Shown here: positions 40,062-48,960 of the stretch, in pieces
Layout of the letters: each line of letters begins with the position of its first letter
Numbering within the stretch: position 1 is the stretch's first letter
NCBI GenBank assembly: GCA_045617365.1
Contig: JAZLIN010000014.1
Coordinates: 5,208-69,207 of the forward strand
Length of the DNA: 64,000 bases
Source: Prevotella sp.
Lineage (GTDB): Bacteria > Bacteroidota > Bacteroidia > Bacteroidales > Bacteroidaceae
Direction of reading: 5' to 3'
Notes under the pieces: model-generated
Databases searched by the model: none
Seen by the model: only the letters and a program-made list of their open reading frames with translations
What the model was told of the DNA's origin: nothing
Made by a program: the position numbers and the translations under genes

Positions 40062-40138
40062 GTAGTTATGTTGTTTGGTGGTTATGTTGTTTGGTGGTTT
40101 GGTTATTCAGTGCCCTAAACAACCAAACCACCAAACCA
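40062..40138. repeat. GGTTT/AAACC-rich intergenic repeat forming a long hairpin
   Basis: Tandem GTTATGTTGTTTGGTG x2; arms TTTGGTGGTTTGGTT / AACCAAACCACCAAA. Confidence 0.75.
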
Positions 40139-42934
40139 CTATTTATCTATCAGGTCATTTTTCTCTACGGTCCACCCCTTGCGTTTTGAGAGACCGCATT
40201 CAGTTCCCTGGAACATGGCAGCAGAACGCTTGTCACCCTTGAGCTGCCAGTTGAGCCATGCTATGGCAGGGAAACGGAATTCACCACCGTGAGGCTGGCG
40301 GTATGTACCACCGTGACCTACAGGGAAGTTTGCAGCGAATGCCGGTACATCCTTTATACGGTGGAAATCATCCATACCATTCTTGTATGCTATGTCAGTC
40401 TCGCCGCCCAGGATGTAGATGATAGGAGCGTGGATAGACTTGAGCTGATCCTTTCCAGGCATTGGCATGTTAGGCATGGCGATGCTTGGGTCAATGAAGA
40501 GTCCGCTGTTGCAGATCATGTAGGTGCTGATACGTGGGTCAGCACAGTTGAAGAGAGTCTGCAGTCCACCGCATGACATTCCGGCAGCACATACAGCCTT
40601 GGTATTGATCTTGCCGCAGAGAGGGCTTTTAGGATTAGTGTTCTGAGCGATAGCCCAGTCAATGGATTCGATCTGCTGCTGAGGAGTTGACATGTCACCC
40701 TTGTAAGGTTCCTCCTTTTCAGGAAGATATCCGGTTGCTACGACGAGATAGCCCTGTGATGCTATCTCATTAAGGAACTTATAGTGCTCCCAAGGTGAGT
40801 TAGTGCATGCGCCGTTACCCCATACGAGGATAGGGAGAGGGTTGCGCTCATTGAACTTAGAAAGATCCTGTGGCATGAAGATAGTGTGAGCAGGGAGTTC
40901 GTCAACTTCTGTCATCACTGCCTTGTTCATGCCAGTGCCACCGCTCTCTACAATCATGGACTTGCCAATGTGGAAGAACTTCTGCTGACCGTTGTATGTA
41001 GCAGTGACGGTTGCCTTGTCGTTGCCCTCACGGTCAATGGTGTATGTCACGCTTGGATCAGAAGATGTCACCTTGATACCTGAACCGCCATTCATCTTGG
41101 CATATACCTGGTAGTGGTTGCAGTCCATGTAACCGTTAGACTGTGTTGTATATACAGGAGTAGAAGGGATGTCCAATTGCTGGTCGTCAACGGTGATGGT
41201 GATGCTTGGTACGTTAGGCTTTACGCAAGGAGCGCCTTTGCGACCGAAGCCCATGCCCTCCATGTCAAACTTGCCGCCTTCCGAGACAAAGTATATGGCG
41301 TGCTTGCCCTTCAGTCCCTCTACGGCTGGCACAGCCTCTGATACCATGATTGCCTTGTCCTTAGAGTTGGCAGGGATGGTGAGAGTAGCTATCTGCTTGC
41401 CGTTCCATACCTTGTTGTCAGTATATCCGTCAAGCATTACCTTGATGGTAAACGACTCTTCTGTGCGAGGAGTGAGGAACATCTGTATGGTGGTGCCGTC
41501 ACCCTTCTTTGTGCCAGTGAAACCCTTGATGCCCTTGGTGTCCTTGGCCAGTCCCCCGAAACCGAAGTATTTATAGCCGATGACGCCGCCTTTCTCAATG
41601 CCTTTGAGAATCATGTTGTCATTCCATACGTCATGGTTGTCCTGCATCCACTGACCGTTGCTCATGTGACATGCTATACCTGCTGAGTAATAACCGTATG
41701 GGTTGAGTCCGAAAATCTGGAATCCCTCGCTGGTAACCTCAGCGCCACGATATTCCGTACCGTCGCTTGCCTTGGCAGTCCATACGTTGCCCTTGGTGTA
41801 TGGATCGTAACCAGTGATGCGAACCTGTCCGCCATCAGACACCTTTTTATTGTCCCATTCGATCTTGACTGGGGCTACCATAGCCTGGCGTGCATTGCCG
41901 AAACCACGTGGTGGACGATGATAGAAGACATACCACTGACCGTTGATCTCCTGCAGCGAGCCGTGGGTGTTGTGTGCCCAGTTAGTGCCTTCGAGGTGAG
42001 TGCCATCCTCATTAGGTACTACGCCGCGTGAGTCCACGAGTACACCGCCTGATCGCCATGGGCCGAGAGGAGTATCGCCGTATGCATAGCGTAGGGCAGA
42101 GTTGGTAGAACCCAGTCCGTAGTCTGGACCGCTGTAACCAGAGAATACCATTACATACTTATTGCCTACCTGACGAATGCTCGATGCTTCGAAGAAATTG
42201 AACTCGCCAGGGTTCTGTCCCTTGTAGAGTGCAGGATACTTTGTTCCTTCCGGGTCGCGCACCACGCCGTAGCGGTGGCTGGCAGGGATGAAGTAGTCGT
42301 GTATCTCTGTGCTAGGACGTACAGCATACATATTGTTCTGATCCAGTTCATATGCTGTAGAGTGCTGGAAACCGTAGAATACGTATGCACGGAATCCCTT
42401 GGCATAGTCAGGATCCTTGGTGTCGGTGATATTCTCCACGAATACAGAAGGGTCGAAATCTATGCGGCTGCCGTCAACGCAGCGTGTGCCGTCGGCGGTG
42501 ATATTGACCGGTGTGAATGGACCGTTAGGTCTGTCGCCCTTGCATACCATGGCAGTGCGTCCCCATCCGCGTGAGTGAGGATAGAGATAGTATGTTTTCT
42601 TGCCGGTTGTCTTATCCTTTACCTCCACCAGGTCAGGTGCATACATTATGTCCCACTGGTTGTTGACGTGGTAAGAGAAGATAGGACCTTCGTTGCGCCA
42701 CTGTGAGAGATCCTCTACAGGAGCTGACCACATACGGATGTCAAGGCCGCAGTAACGGTCATAGCTGGTATCGTGCGAACCTATTATATATGCTCTGTAT
42801 TTGCCCGGATTGTCAGGGTCTTCAAATACGCGTGGTTCGCCGTCAGGAACGTGCTCCCACAGTGGGAGGTAAGGGTTCTGTGCTGATACCCCCATAGAGG
42901 TAGCAGCCATTAATGTTAGGAGTAGTTTCTTCAT
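40139..42934 (-). CDS. GH43-like beta-propeller + CBM-like module fused to a C-terminal alpha/beta hydrolase
   Basis: NPYLPLWEHVPDGEPRVF, YAPD, FDPSV, FEASS; C-terminal ILVWGNGAC, AAGMSCGG (GxSxG), VGHGGTY. Confidence 0.85.
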   Translation of the reverse strand: MKKLLLTLMAATSMGVSAQNPYLPLWEHVPDGEPRVFEDPDNPGKYRAYIIGSHDTSYDRYCGLDIRMWSAPVEDLSQWRNEGPIFSYHVNNQWDIMYAPDLVEVKDKTTGKKTYYLYPHSRGWGRTAMVCKGDRPNGPFTPVNITADGTRCVDGSRIDFDPSVFVENITDTKDPDYAKGFRAYVFYGFQHSTAYELDQNNMYAVRPSTEIHDYFIPASHRYGVVRDPEGTKYPALYKGQNPGEFNFFEASSIRQVGNKYVMVFSGYSGPDYGLGSTNSALRYAYGDTPLGPWRSGGVLVDSRGVVPNEDGTHLEGTNWAHNTHGSLQEINGQWYVFYHRPPRGFGNARQAMVAPVKIEWDNKKVSDGGQVRITGYDPYTKGNVWTAKASDGTEYRGAEVTSEGFQIFGLNPYGYYSAGIACHMSNGQWMQDNHDVWNDNMILKGIEKGGVIGYKYFGFGGLAKDTKGIKGFTGTKKGDGTTIQMFLTPRTEESFTIKVMLDGYTDNKVWNGKQIATLTIPANSKDKAIMVSEAVPAVEGLKGKHAIYFVSEGGKFDMEGMGFGRKGAPCVKPNVPSITITVDDQQLDIPSTPVYTTQSNGYMDCNHYQVYAKMNGGSGIKVTSSDPSVTYTIDREGNDKATVTATYNGQQKFFHIGKSMIVESGGTGMNKAVMTEVDELPAHTIFMPQDLSKFNERNPLPILVWGNGACTNSPWEHYKFLNEIASQGYLVVATGYLPEKEEPYKGDMSTPQQQIESIDWAIAQNTNPKSPLCGKINTKAVCAAGMSCGGLQTLFNCADPRISTYMICNSGLFIDPSIAMPNMPMPGKDQLKSIHAPIIYILGGETDIAYKNGMDDFHRIKDVPAFAANFPVGHGGTYRQPHGGEFRFPAIAWLNWQLKGDKRSAAMFQGTECGLSKRKGWTVEKNDLIDK

Positions 42935-42980
42935 TTTTTTATATATTATAGTATTTTGCTTGTATTCTTTTGATTGTTTA

Positions 42981-44768
42981 TTACTTCTCGCAGACCATAA
43001 CGAATCCGCCGCGAGGCTTGCATGCCATCATGACGGGAACGTCCTTGTTCAGTTTGTCAGAGATAATGGTCCATGGTGCAGCTGCATTACCGCTGTCCAG
43101 GAAGATTGTTCTTTGCCTGCCGACGCCCTTGAGAGATGTTATGTTATTGAACAGTAGTGTCTCCTCTGTATCGCTACCGTTGATACCGGCGATATACCAG
43201 GTGTTACCCTTACGACGCGCTATCACTACACTCTTGCCAGGATAACCCGATAGCAGACGAGTCTCATCCCATGCAGTAGGCAGCGAAGAGAGGAAATCCT
43301 TGACCTGCTTAGGTTGGCTGAGGAAACTCTCCGGGCGGTCAGCGAGATGCTGTATGCCAGATTCGAAGAGTACCGTCAGGGCGAGTTCATGGGCATGTGT
43401 GGTGATATGCGGATGCTGCGAATCGGTGAATGCGCATGGCGTATAGTCCATCGGACCGATGACGTTGCGTGTGAAAGGCAGCATGGCGTTGTGTGCGGCA
43501 GCCTTATTTGTGAACGTCGGTACGTTGTTGTACCACTCTGCACCATAGACACCCTCTGTGCTGATGAGGTTGGGATAGGTGCGCTGCCAACCGCGAGGTA
43601 TGGTAGCACCATGGAAATTGACTAGAAGGTGATGACGGGCAGCACACTCCAACAGGTCAATCATATACTTCATGTTGAGATTGTTGTCGCCAGAGAAGAA
43701 ATCTATCTTCACGCCCTTGACACCAATCTTTTCACACCAGGCAAACTCCTTCTCACGATCCTCTGGTTTGTTGAGACGATATTTAGGACCTGGTGCTCCG
43801 TTTACCCAACCCACGCTGGAGTTGTACCATATCATTGGCATGACACCCTTTTCACGAGCGTATGCCACCGCATCCTCTACCGTCTTGCCATCCTTCATCT
43901 CGTCCCATTCCGCATCGATGAGCACGTATGGCAGATGCAGTTCGGCAGCCATGTCGGTATATTTCCTGATTATGTTGCAGTCATTGGAACCGTGGTTGTT
44001 CGCCCAATATACCCACGATGCAACGCCAGGCTTTATCCACGACGTGTCATCCAGTTTGCATGGAGTACTGAGGTCTGTCACGAGAGTCGATTCCACCACG
44101 TCAGCCAGCGAACCAATGATGAAGGTCTTCCATGTGCTCATGGATGCAGCGTTGTCGTTCGTATCATGCTGCAAGCGGAAATGTCCGGCTTTGTCCATAC
44201 TGTACATACATGATGCAGCCATGTCGCTATGCACGTCAGCCTCGGTAAGAAGAACAAACACATTTCCAGTCTTGGAGTGTGATTCATATTCAAAGAGAGC
44301 AGGATAGCCCCATCTGTCGCCGTTCTTTATCGACACGTTCTTAGGGAAGAATCCCTCATACGAGTCAGTCCATTTCATCAGCCAGTTGTTGGTGGCGTAT
44401 GACATGTCGATGCTTATAGGTGCCTCGCTGTTCTTGCCTACTTTTCGCAGGGCGACGCCATCATTCTGCACCCTTACCAGCATTGTGGCACCATCGGTAG
44501 TAGTGTATGCAGCCTGATTTGCCTTTACCTTGATATTGCTCTTCTTACCAGTCAGCATGGTGTATGACTCACTTACCTTTGTGGTCTTACCGTCAGGTGT
44601 GAGAGACATGTCAGCGGTCATGATGGTAATCCATCCATTGTTGAGTTTGTATGAGATGGCAAGTTTGTTGTCAGCAGTGCTTACCTTTATCCTGCCATCA
44701 GGAGAACTCTGTGCGTGGATGGCAAGAGCTGATACCGTCAGGAGTATAGATAAGAATATCTTTTTCAT
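42981..44768 (-). CDS. GH97 glycoside hydrolase (KxDF, retaining-type)
   Basis: SPDGRI, WIKPGVASW, LIDAEWD, GVKIDFF, VNFHGATIPRGWQRTYPN, RNVIGPMDYTP. Confidence 0.92.
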   Translation of the reverse strand: MKKIFLSILLTVSALAIHAQSSPDGRIKVSTADNKLAISYKLNNGWITIMTADMSLTPDGKTTKVSESYTMLTGKKSNIKVKANQAAYTTTDGATMLVRVQNDGVALRKVGKNSEAPISIDMSYATNNWLMKWTDSYEGFFPKNVSIKNGDRWGYPALFEYESHSKTGNVFVLLTEADVHSDMAASCMYSMDKAGHFRLQHDTNDNAASMSTWKTFIIGSLADVVESTLVTDLSTPCKLDDTSWIKPGVASWVYWANNHGSNDCNIIRKYTDMAAELHLPYVLIDAEWDEMKDGKTVEDAVAYAREKGVMPMIWYNSSVGWVNGAPGPKYRLNKPEDREKEFAWCEKIGVKGVKIDFFSGDNNLNMKYMIDLLECAARHHLLVNFHGATIPRGWQRTYPNLISTEGVYGAEWYNNVPTFTNKAAAHNAMLPFTRNVIGPMDYTPCAFTDSQHPHITTHAHELALTVLFESGIQHLADRPESFLSQPKQVKDFLSSLPTAWDETRLLSGYPGKSVVIARRKGNTWYIAGINGSDTEETLLFNNITSLKGVGRQRTIFLDSGNAAAPWTIISDKLNKDVPVMMACKPRGGFVMVCEK

Positions 44769-44813
44769 CGTTTTGGTTTATATACGTTCTACAAGATTCT
44801 TCGTGGATTTTTC

Positions 44814-44993
44814 TAGTAAGGAAGTGCCAGGAGTATAGAAGTTTTAAGTTGAAAGTACAAAGTGAAAAGTTTTCTTCACCTGCAACTGGTCTGCTAATAA
44901 CTGAACGTCATGGTCGAAGGAACTTGAAATCTTAAAAACTTGAATACTCAACTTATCACTTCTCATTTCTATACTCATGGCACTCCCTTACTA
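44814..44993. mobile_element. MITE-like element with 25-bp imperfect terminal inverted repeats
   Basis: TAGTAAGGAAGTGCCAGGAGTATAG (44814-44838) / CTATACTCATGGCACTCCCTTACTA (44969-44993), 23/25 complementary; TA at both outer ends; internal AAGTnnn heptamers in opposite orientations. Confidence 0.6.
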
Positions 44994-45002
44994 TAACTTG
45001 TT

Positions 45003-45025
45003 CCCCCTTAGGGGGCTAGGGGGCT
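45003..45025. repeat. REP-like CCCCCTTAGGGGGCTAGGGGGCT element
   Basis: GC-rich mini-palindrome 5 bp after the GH127/146 stop codon. Confidence 0.5.
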
Positions 45026-45029
45026 GGCC

Positions 45030-47489
45030 TTACTTATTCTCCATCAGTCGTACCTCGTAGATTTCGCCCACTTGACGGTGAGGCTTAGCCACGAACTTGA
45101 CGCGTACCTGAGTCTTGCCCTGCAGAGCCTCGACAGGTATCTGGTATGTCTCGTACTTCCACTGCGAACTGCGCCATTTCTTTGAGTTGTTCACCTCCTT
45201 TACGAGTACGTCATCCACGTAGAGGTCGTACTCACATGTGCGCCATTCGTCCTGTCCCCAGTAGCGTATGCGGAGAGCAAGGTCTGTCTTACCCTTTGTC
45301 TGGAGCAGATAACTGAAGAAGTGACCGTTGCGTGCATCACGGAATGGGATATTATTGGTATAACCCTTGTTTGACTCATCAGTCTCCATGAAGTGATCGC
45401 TCTCAGGCTGCTGCTCACCCGGCTGCACCTTGTCTGTGGTGATAGCCTCCAGTGCCAGACGTGCCTCTTCCTCCTTGGCGAGGTTAGCGATGTATTCCTT
45501 ATAACCATCCTCAGAGAGTCCGAGCCAGTAGAGCATATAGCGTGAGTCATGCAGTTCGAAGAACGGAATAAGTTCCGGCAACCCGCTGAATGAAGGCTGT
45601 GCGCTGATAGCATCCTTGTTCTCCATGCGGGTCTTGAGTGTGAAGTGCAGCGGATGTCCAGGTACAGGTTCTAGGTCATTGGTGATATCCTCCAGGTTCT
45701 TAGCCACGAGGAATGGAGCCTTGTCTATAGGCAGTGTGCGACCCGATGCCAACTGTCCGAAGCGGCTATCGTCAGCCAGCAGACGATGCAGGTCTTCCGT
45801 ACCGGTCTTCATGGCGAGTGTTATAGGACCATGAAGCAGAGCTATATACTGTGGCACGTTAGGCAGGTGCTCGATGCTGTTGTGCATAGGGAAGCAGACC
45901 TCTATTACGTCACCCTTCTTCCAGTTTCTTGCCACGTCCACGTATGTGCCAGGAAGCCAGTGTGCATTGTCGAGAGCCTTGCCGTTGACCTTAACGGTAA
46001 ACTCACCCTGGTTCACCCATGAAGGGTAGCGCAGTCGTATCACCTTGGCAGAACCGTCAGCCTTGGTGATGGTAATCTTGCTGGTCTCGCTGTAAGGGAA
46101 CTGAGTCTCCTGACGAAGTTTCATGCCGGCATCCTTCCAGTCCAGTTCAGATGCTGCATAGAGGTTTACTGCGAGCGCTGCATTGTCATGATGTGTATAG
46201 ATGAACTGGCCGTACTTGCCGTGGTTCTCCATGCCGGTACCCACGCAGCACCACATAGCCTCGTTAGGCACGGAGTAGTTGCGGTAGTGGCGTGGACGTG
46301 CAGAGGTGAAATACACATATCCGCCGTGCTCAGGGTGCTGGGTAGAGAGGATATGGTTGAATATGGCACGCTCCATGAAGTCACCGTACTCCGCATTGTC
46401 ACCATTCAGGCGGCGCAGGTCTTCGGTGAGTTTCAGCATATTGTTGGTGTTACATGACTCCAGACCGTCTATATCGTTCACGAAGTCTATACATGCCTCC
46501 TTGGCAGGGAAATGCTCGCGGCGGCTGTTGCCACCGACAGAGAGGCTGCGGTTGTGTACCACCTCCTGCCAGAAGAACTTACTTGCCTCCAGATAGTCAC
46601 GGTTGTTGTCCAGTTCGGCGATACGTGCAAAGCCTACAATCTTTGGCACCTGAGTATTGGCGTGCTTGTTGTCGAGGAATGCTGCATTGTGCTCTTTCAT
46701 AGGATTGAGAATCCACTTGTGAGAGAATCTCTTGGCGCAGTCCAGATATTTCTTGTTGCCTGTGATAGCGTAGGCATCGGCTATCACCTCGTTTATGCCG
46801 CCGTGCTCCATGCCGAGCATACGCTCCATCTGCTCATCGGAGAGCTTGCTGGTGATGTCGATAGCCCAGTCGCAGAAGCCGAGGTAGAGGGCGAGTGCAT
46901 CCTCATTGCCGCAGTAGTACCATGCGTCACGGAGACCGGCATACATCTTGTGTATGTTGTAGAGAGGTACCCATGTAGCGTTGAAGGCACGGAAGTCACC
47001 CTCCTTGAATGTGGACCAGATGCGGTCGCTGTTTGGCACACCGCCTACATATCCCTTACCCCATGCAGGGTGGTTCTTGCCACATGCGTCGGCACACTCC
47101 TTGAGTTCGCTGATCATGTAGAGCATACGCTGCTCGCACTCCTTATTGCCTGTGGCTGCATTGAGAGCCAGAGCAGTGAGGTAGTGACCGCCTACGTGTC
47201 CGTCCAGTCCGTCCCAGTTAGGGAAACTCTTGGCCTTAGGCTCAAGACCGGCCTCCTTACGGTAAGGAGCGAGGAGACGATCGACGTCATACTTCAGGAG
47301 AACTGATATATTGAGGTCCTGCGCATGTTTCAGCGGACCGTCAAGGAGCTTGACGTCAGAGAGGGGGAATACGTCGGTGTAAAGTTCGGTATTCTTTATC
47401 TTTGCCATGCCAGATGATGTCTGAGCGCATACAGGTGTCATGGCAGTCATTAGCAGAAATGCTGCTGTTATTATTGTTTTCTTATTCAT
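45030..47489 (-). CDS. GH127/GH146 beta-L-arabinofuranosidase-like protein
   Basis: GHVGGHYL, HANTQVPK, ESCNTNNMLKL, WCCVGTGMENH; start at MNKKT (47489). Confidence 0.88.
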   Translation of the reverse strand: MNKKTIITAAFLLMTAMTPVCAQTSSGMAKIKNTELYTDVFPLSDVKLLDGPLKHAQDLNISVLLKYDVDRLLAPYRKEAGLEPKAKSFPNWDGLDGHVGGHYLTALALNAATGNKECEQRMLYMISELKECADACGKNHPAWGKGYVGGVPNSDRIWSTFKEGDFRAFNATWVPLYNIHKMYAGLRDAWYYCGNEDALALYLGFCDWAIDITSKLSDEQMERMLGMEHGGINEVIADAYAITGNKKYLDCAKRFSHKWILNPMKEHNAAFLDNKHANTQVPKIVGFARIAELDNNRDYLEASKFFWQEVVHNRSLSVGGNSRREHFPAKEACIDFVNDIDGLESCNTNNMLKLTEDLRRLNGDNAEYGDFMERAIFNHILSTQHPEHGGYVYFTSARPRHYRNYSVPNEAMWCCVGTGMENHGKYGQFIYTHHDNAALAVNLYAASELDWKDAGMKLRQETQFPYSETSKITITKADGSAKVIRLRYPSWVNQGEFTVKVNGKALDNAHWLPGTYVDVARNWKKGDVIEVCFPMHNSIEHLPNVPQYIALLHGPITLAMKTGTEDLHRLLADDSRFGQLASGRTLPIDKAPFLVAKNLEDITNDLEPVPGHPLHFTLKTRMENKDAISAQPSFSGLPELIPFFELHDSRYMLYWLGLSEDGYKEYIANLAKEEEARLALEAITTDKVQPGEQQPESDHFMETDESNKGYTNNIPFRDARNGHFFSYLLQTKGKTDLALRIRYWGQDEWRTCEYDLYVDDVLVKEVNNSKKWRSSQWKYETYQIPVEALQGKTQVRVKFVAKPHRQVGEIYEVRLMENK

Positions 47490-47580
47490 TGTTTTCTTTG
47501 TTGTTTGTTTTTTTGGGGGGGAGTGGCGTTGCGGAGAACCGCAAGGAACGGTGGCAGGTTGCCACCAAACCACCAAACCA

Positions 47581-48960
47581 CTATTTCATCTGCCACCAGT
47601 CCCAGTTGAAGAGATTGCGCTTCTGCTGCTTGCCTCCTTTGAATACGAAGTAAAGGTCGTGCTTGCCTTTCGCACCCTTGAGAGTAGTAGAGAACTCTTT
47701 ATATACATCCTTTGTCGCTGGTACAGCGATGGCGCCGATGCATGGACCGTCGGTGGCGTCGATATGGAGTTCCATTATGCCACCATAGAGATGGCTTGAG
47801 CATGATGCTGTGAATTCCTTGGCACCCTTGCCGAAGTCAACACCTTTGACGAGTAGATATTCACCCTCGTCGATGTCCGTCACGAAAGGTGTCGCATTCC
47901 ATGGTCCCGAAGGATTCTCGCGTGTGGTCTTCAGTCCATAGCCCCATGCCATGGTCTCAGCCTCCACCTTGCGGTAAGGGTCAAAGGAACCCACCTGCTC
48001 CAGCTTGCAGTCATGGAAGTAAGGCAACTCCTGGATAGTACCGTCCGCATTGTATGTCATCTCCGCTGCCGATACCGAACGGCGCTCAGCATGGCGGCTG
48101 GTCTCCAGACGGAAGATGTCATAGTTCAGACCGAAGCAGTAAGACTTGCCCTTGAAATCTATGATGCCCGGGTGATTGCCGCGTGTGCGTACTGTGTGGT
48201 CCATGATATGTCCCTTGTATTCCCATGGTCCGAGCGGTTTGTCGCTCATGGCATAGCCTATGCCTTCAGGGCAGCATGTCGAAGCGAATGCCATGTAGTA
48301 GTGGCTGCCGTGCTTATAGAACCAAGGACCTTCCTGATAATCCTTTATGTGAGGCATCTCCATGATGTCGCCCGAGTATGATACCATATCCTCGTTGAGC
48401 TTTACGCAGTAGAGTTTTGGATTGCCCCAGTACATGTATGCCTGTCCGTCGTCATCTATCCATACGGTAGGGTCGATGTCATACCAGTGCTCCTTCTGCC
48501 ACACCAGTGGGTGACCGAGCGGATCATTGAACGGTCCGTATGGCGAGTCTGCCACGAGCACTCCTATGCCATTGCCATGGATAGGACAATACATGTACCA
48601 TTTGCCGTTACGCTCTATCACCTGTTCAGCCCAGGCTCCGTTGTTGCCCTTGTACCACTTGAAGTCGCGTAGTGAAGCTACAGCGCCGTAGTCCTGCCAG
48701 TTGACCATGTCGGTGGAGGTGTAGAGTAACCAGTCCTTCATGATGAATCCCTCTGCGTTGTCTTCATCGTGGGTGGTATAGAGATACACCGTATTATTAT
48801 ATACGAATGGTGCCGGGTCAGCAGTGTATCTTGTTTGCACGAGAGGCATATTTAGCTGCTGTTCGGGAAGTTCTGGTATTATTACTTCTTCTTTGTTGTC
48901 TTTCGCATTGGCTGAAATTGCTAAAAGAGCCAGTGATGCGAGGAATGTTGCTTTCTTCAT
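47581..48960 (-). CDS. GH43 glycoside hydrolase with C-terminal CBM6
   Basis: YTADPAP, AWAEQV, IDPTVW, YQEGPW, NHPGII, KVEAET, HDLYFVF. Confidence 0.9.
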   Translation of the reverse strand: MKKATFLASLALLAISANAKDNKEEVIIPELPEQQLNMPLVQTRYTADPAPFVYNNTVYLYTTHDEDNAEGFIMKDWLLYTSTDMVNWQDYGAVASLRDFKWYKGNNGAWAEQVIERNGKWYMYCPIHGNGIGVLVADSPYGPFNDPLGHPLVWQKEHWYDIDPTVWIDDDGQAYMYWGNPKLYCVKLNEDMVSYSGDIMEMPHIKDYQEGPWFYKHGSHYYMAFASTCCPEGIGYAMSDKPLGPWEYKGHIMDHTVRTRGNHPGIIDFKGKSYCFGLNYDIFRLETSRHAERRSVSAAEMTYNADGTIQELPYFHDCKLEQVGSFDPYRKVEAETMAWGYGLKTTRENPSGPWNATPFVTDIDEGEYLLVKGVDFGKGAKEFTASCSSHLYGGIMELHIDATDGPCIGAIAVPATKDVYKEFSTTLKGAKGKHDLYFVFKGGKQQKRNLFNWDWWQMK

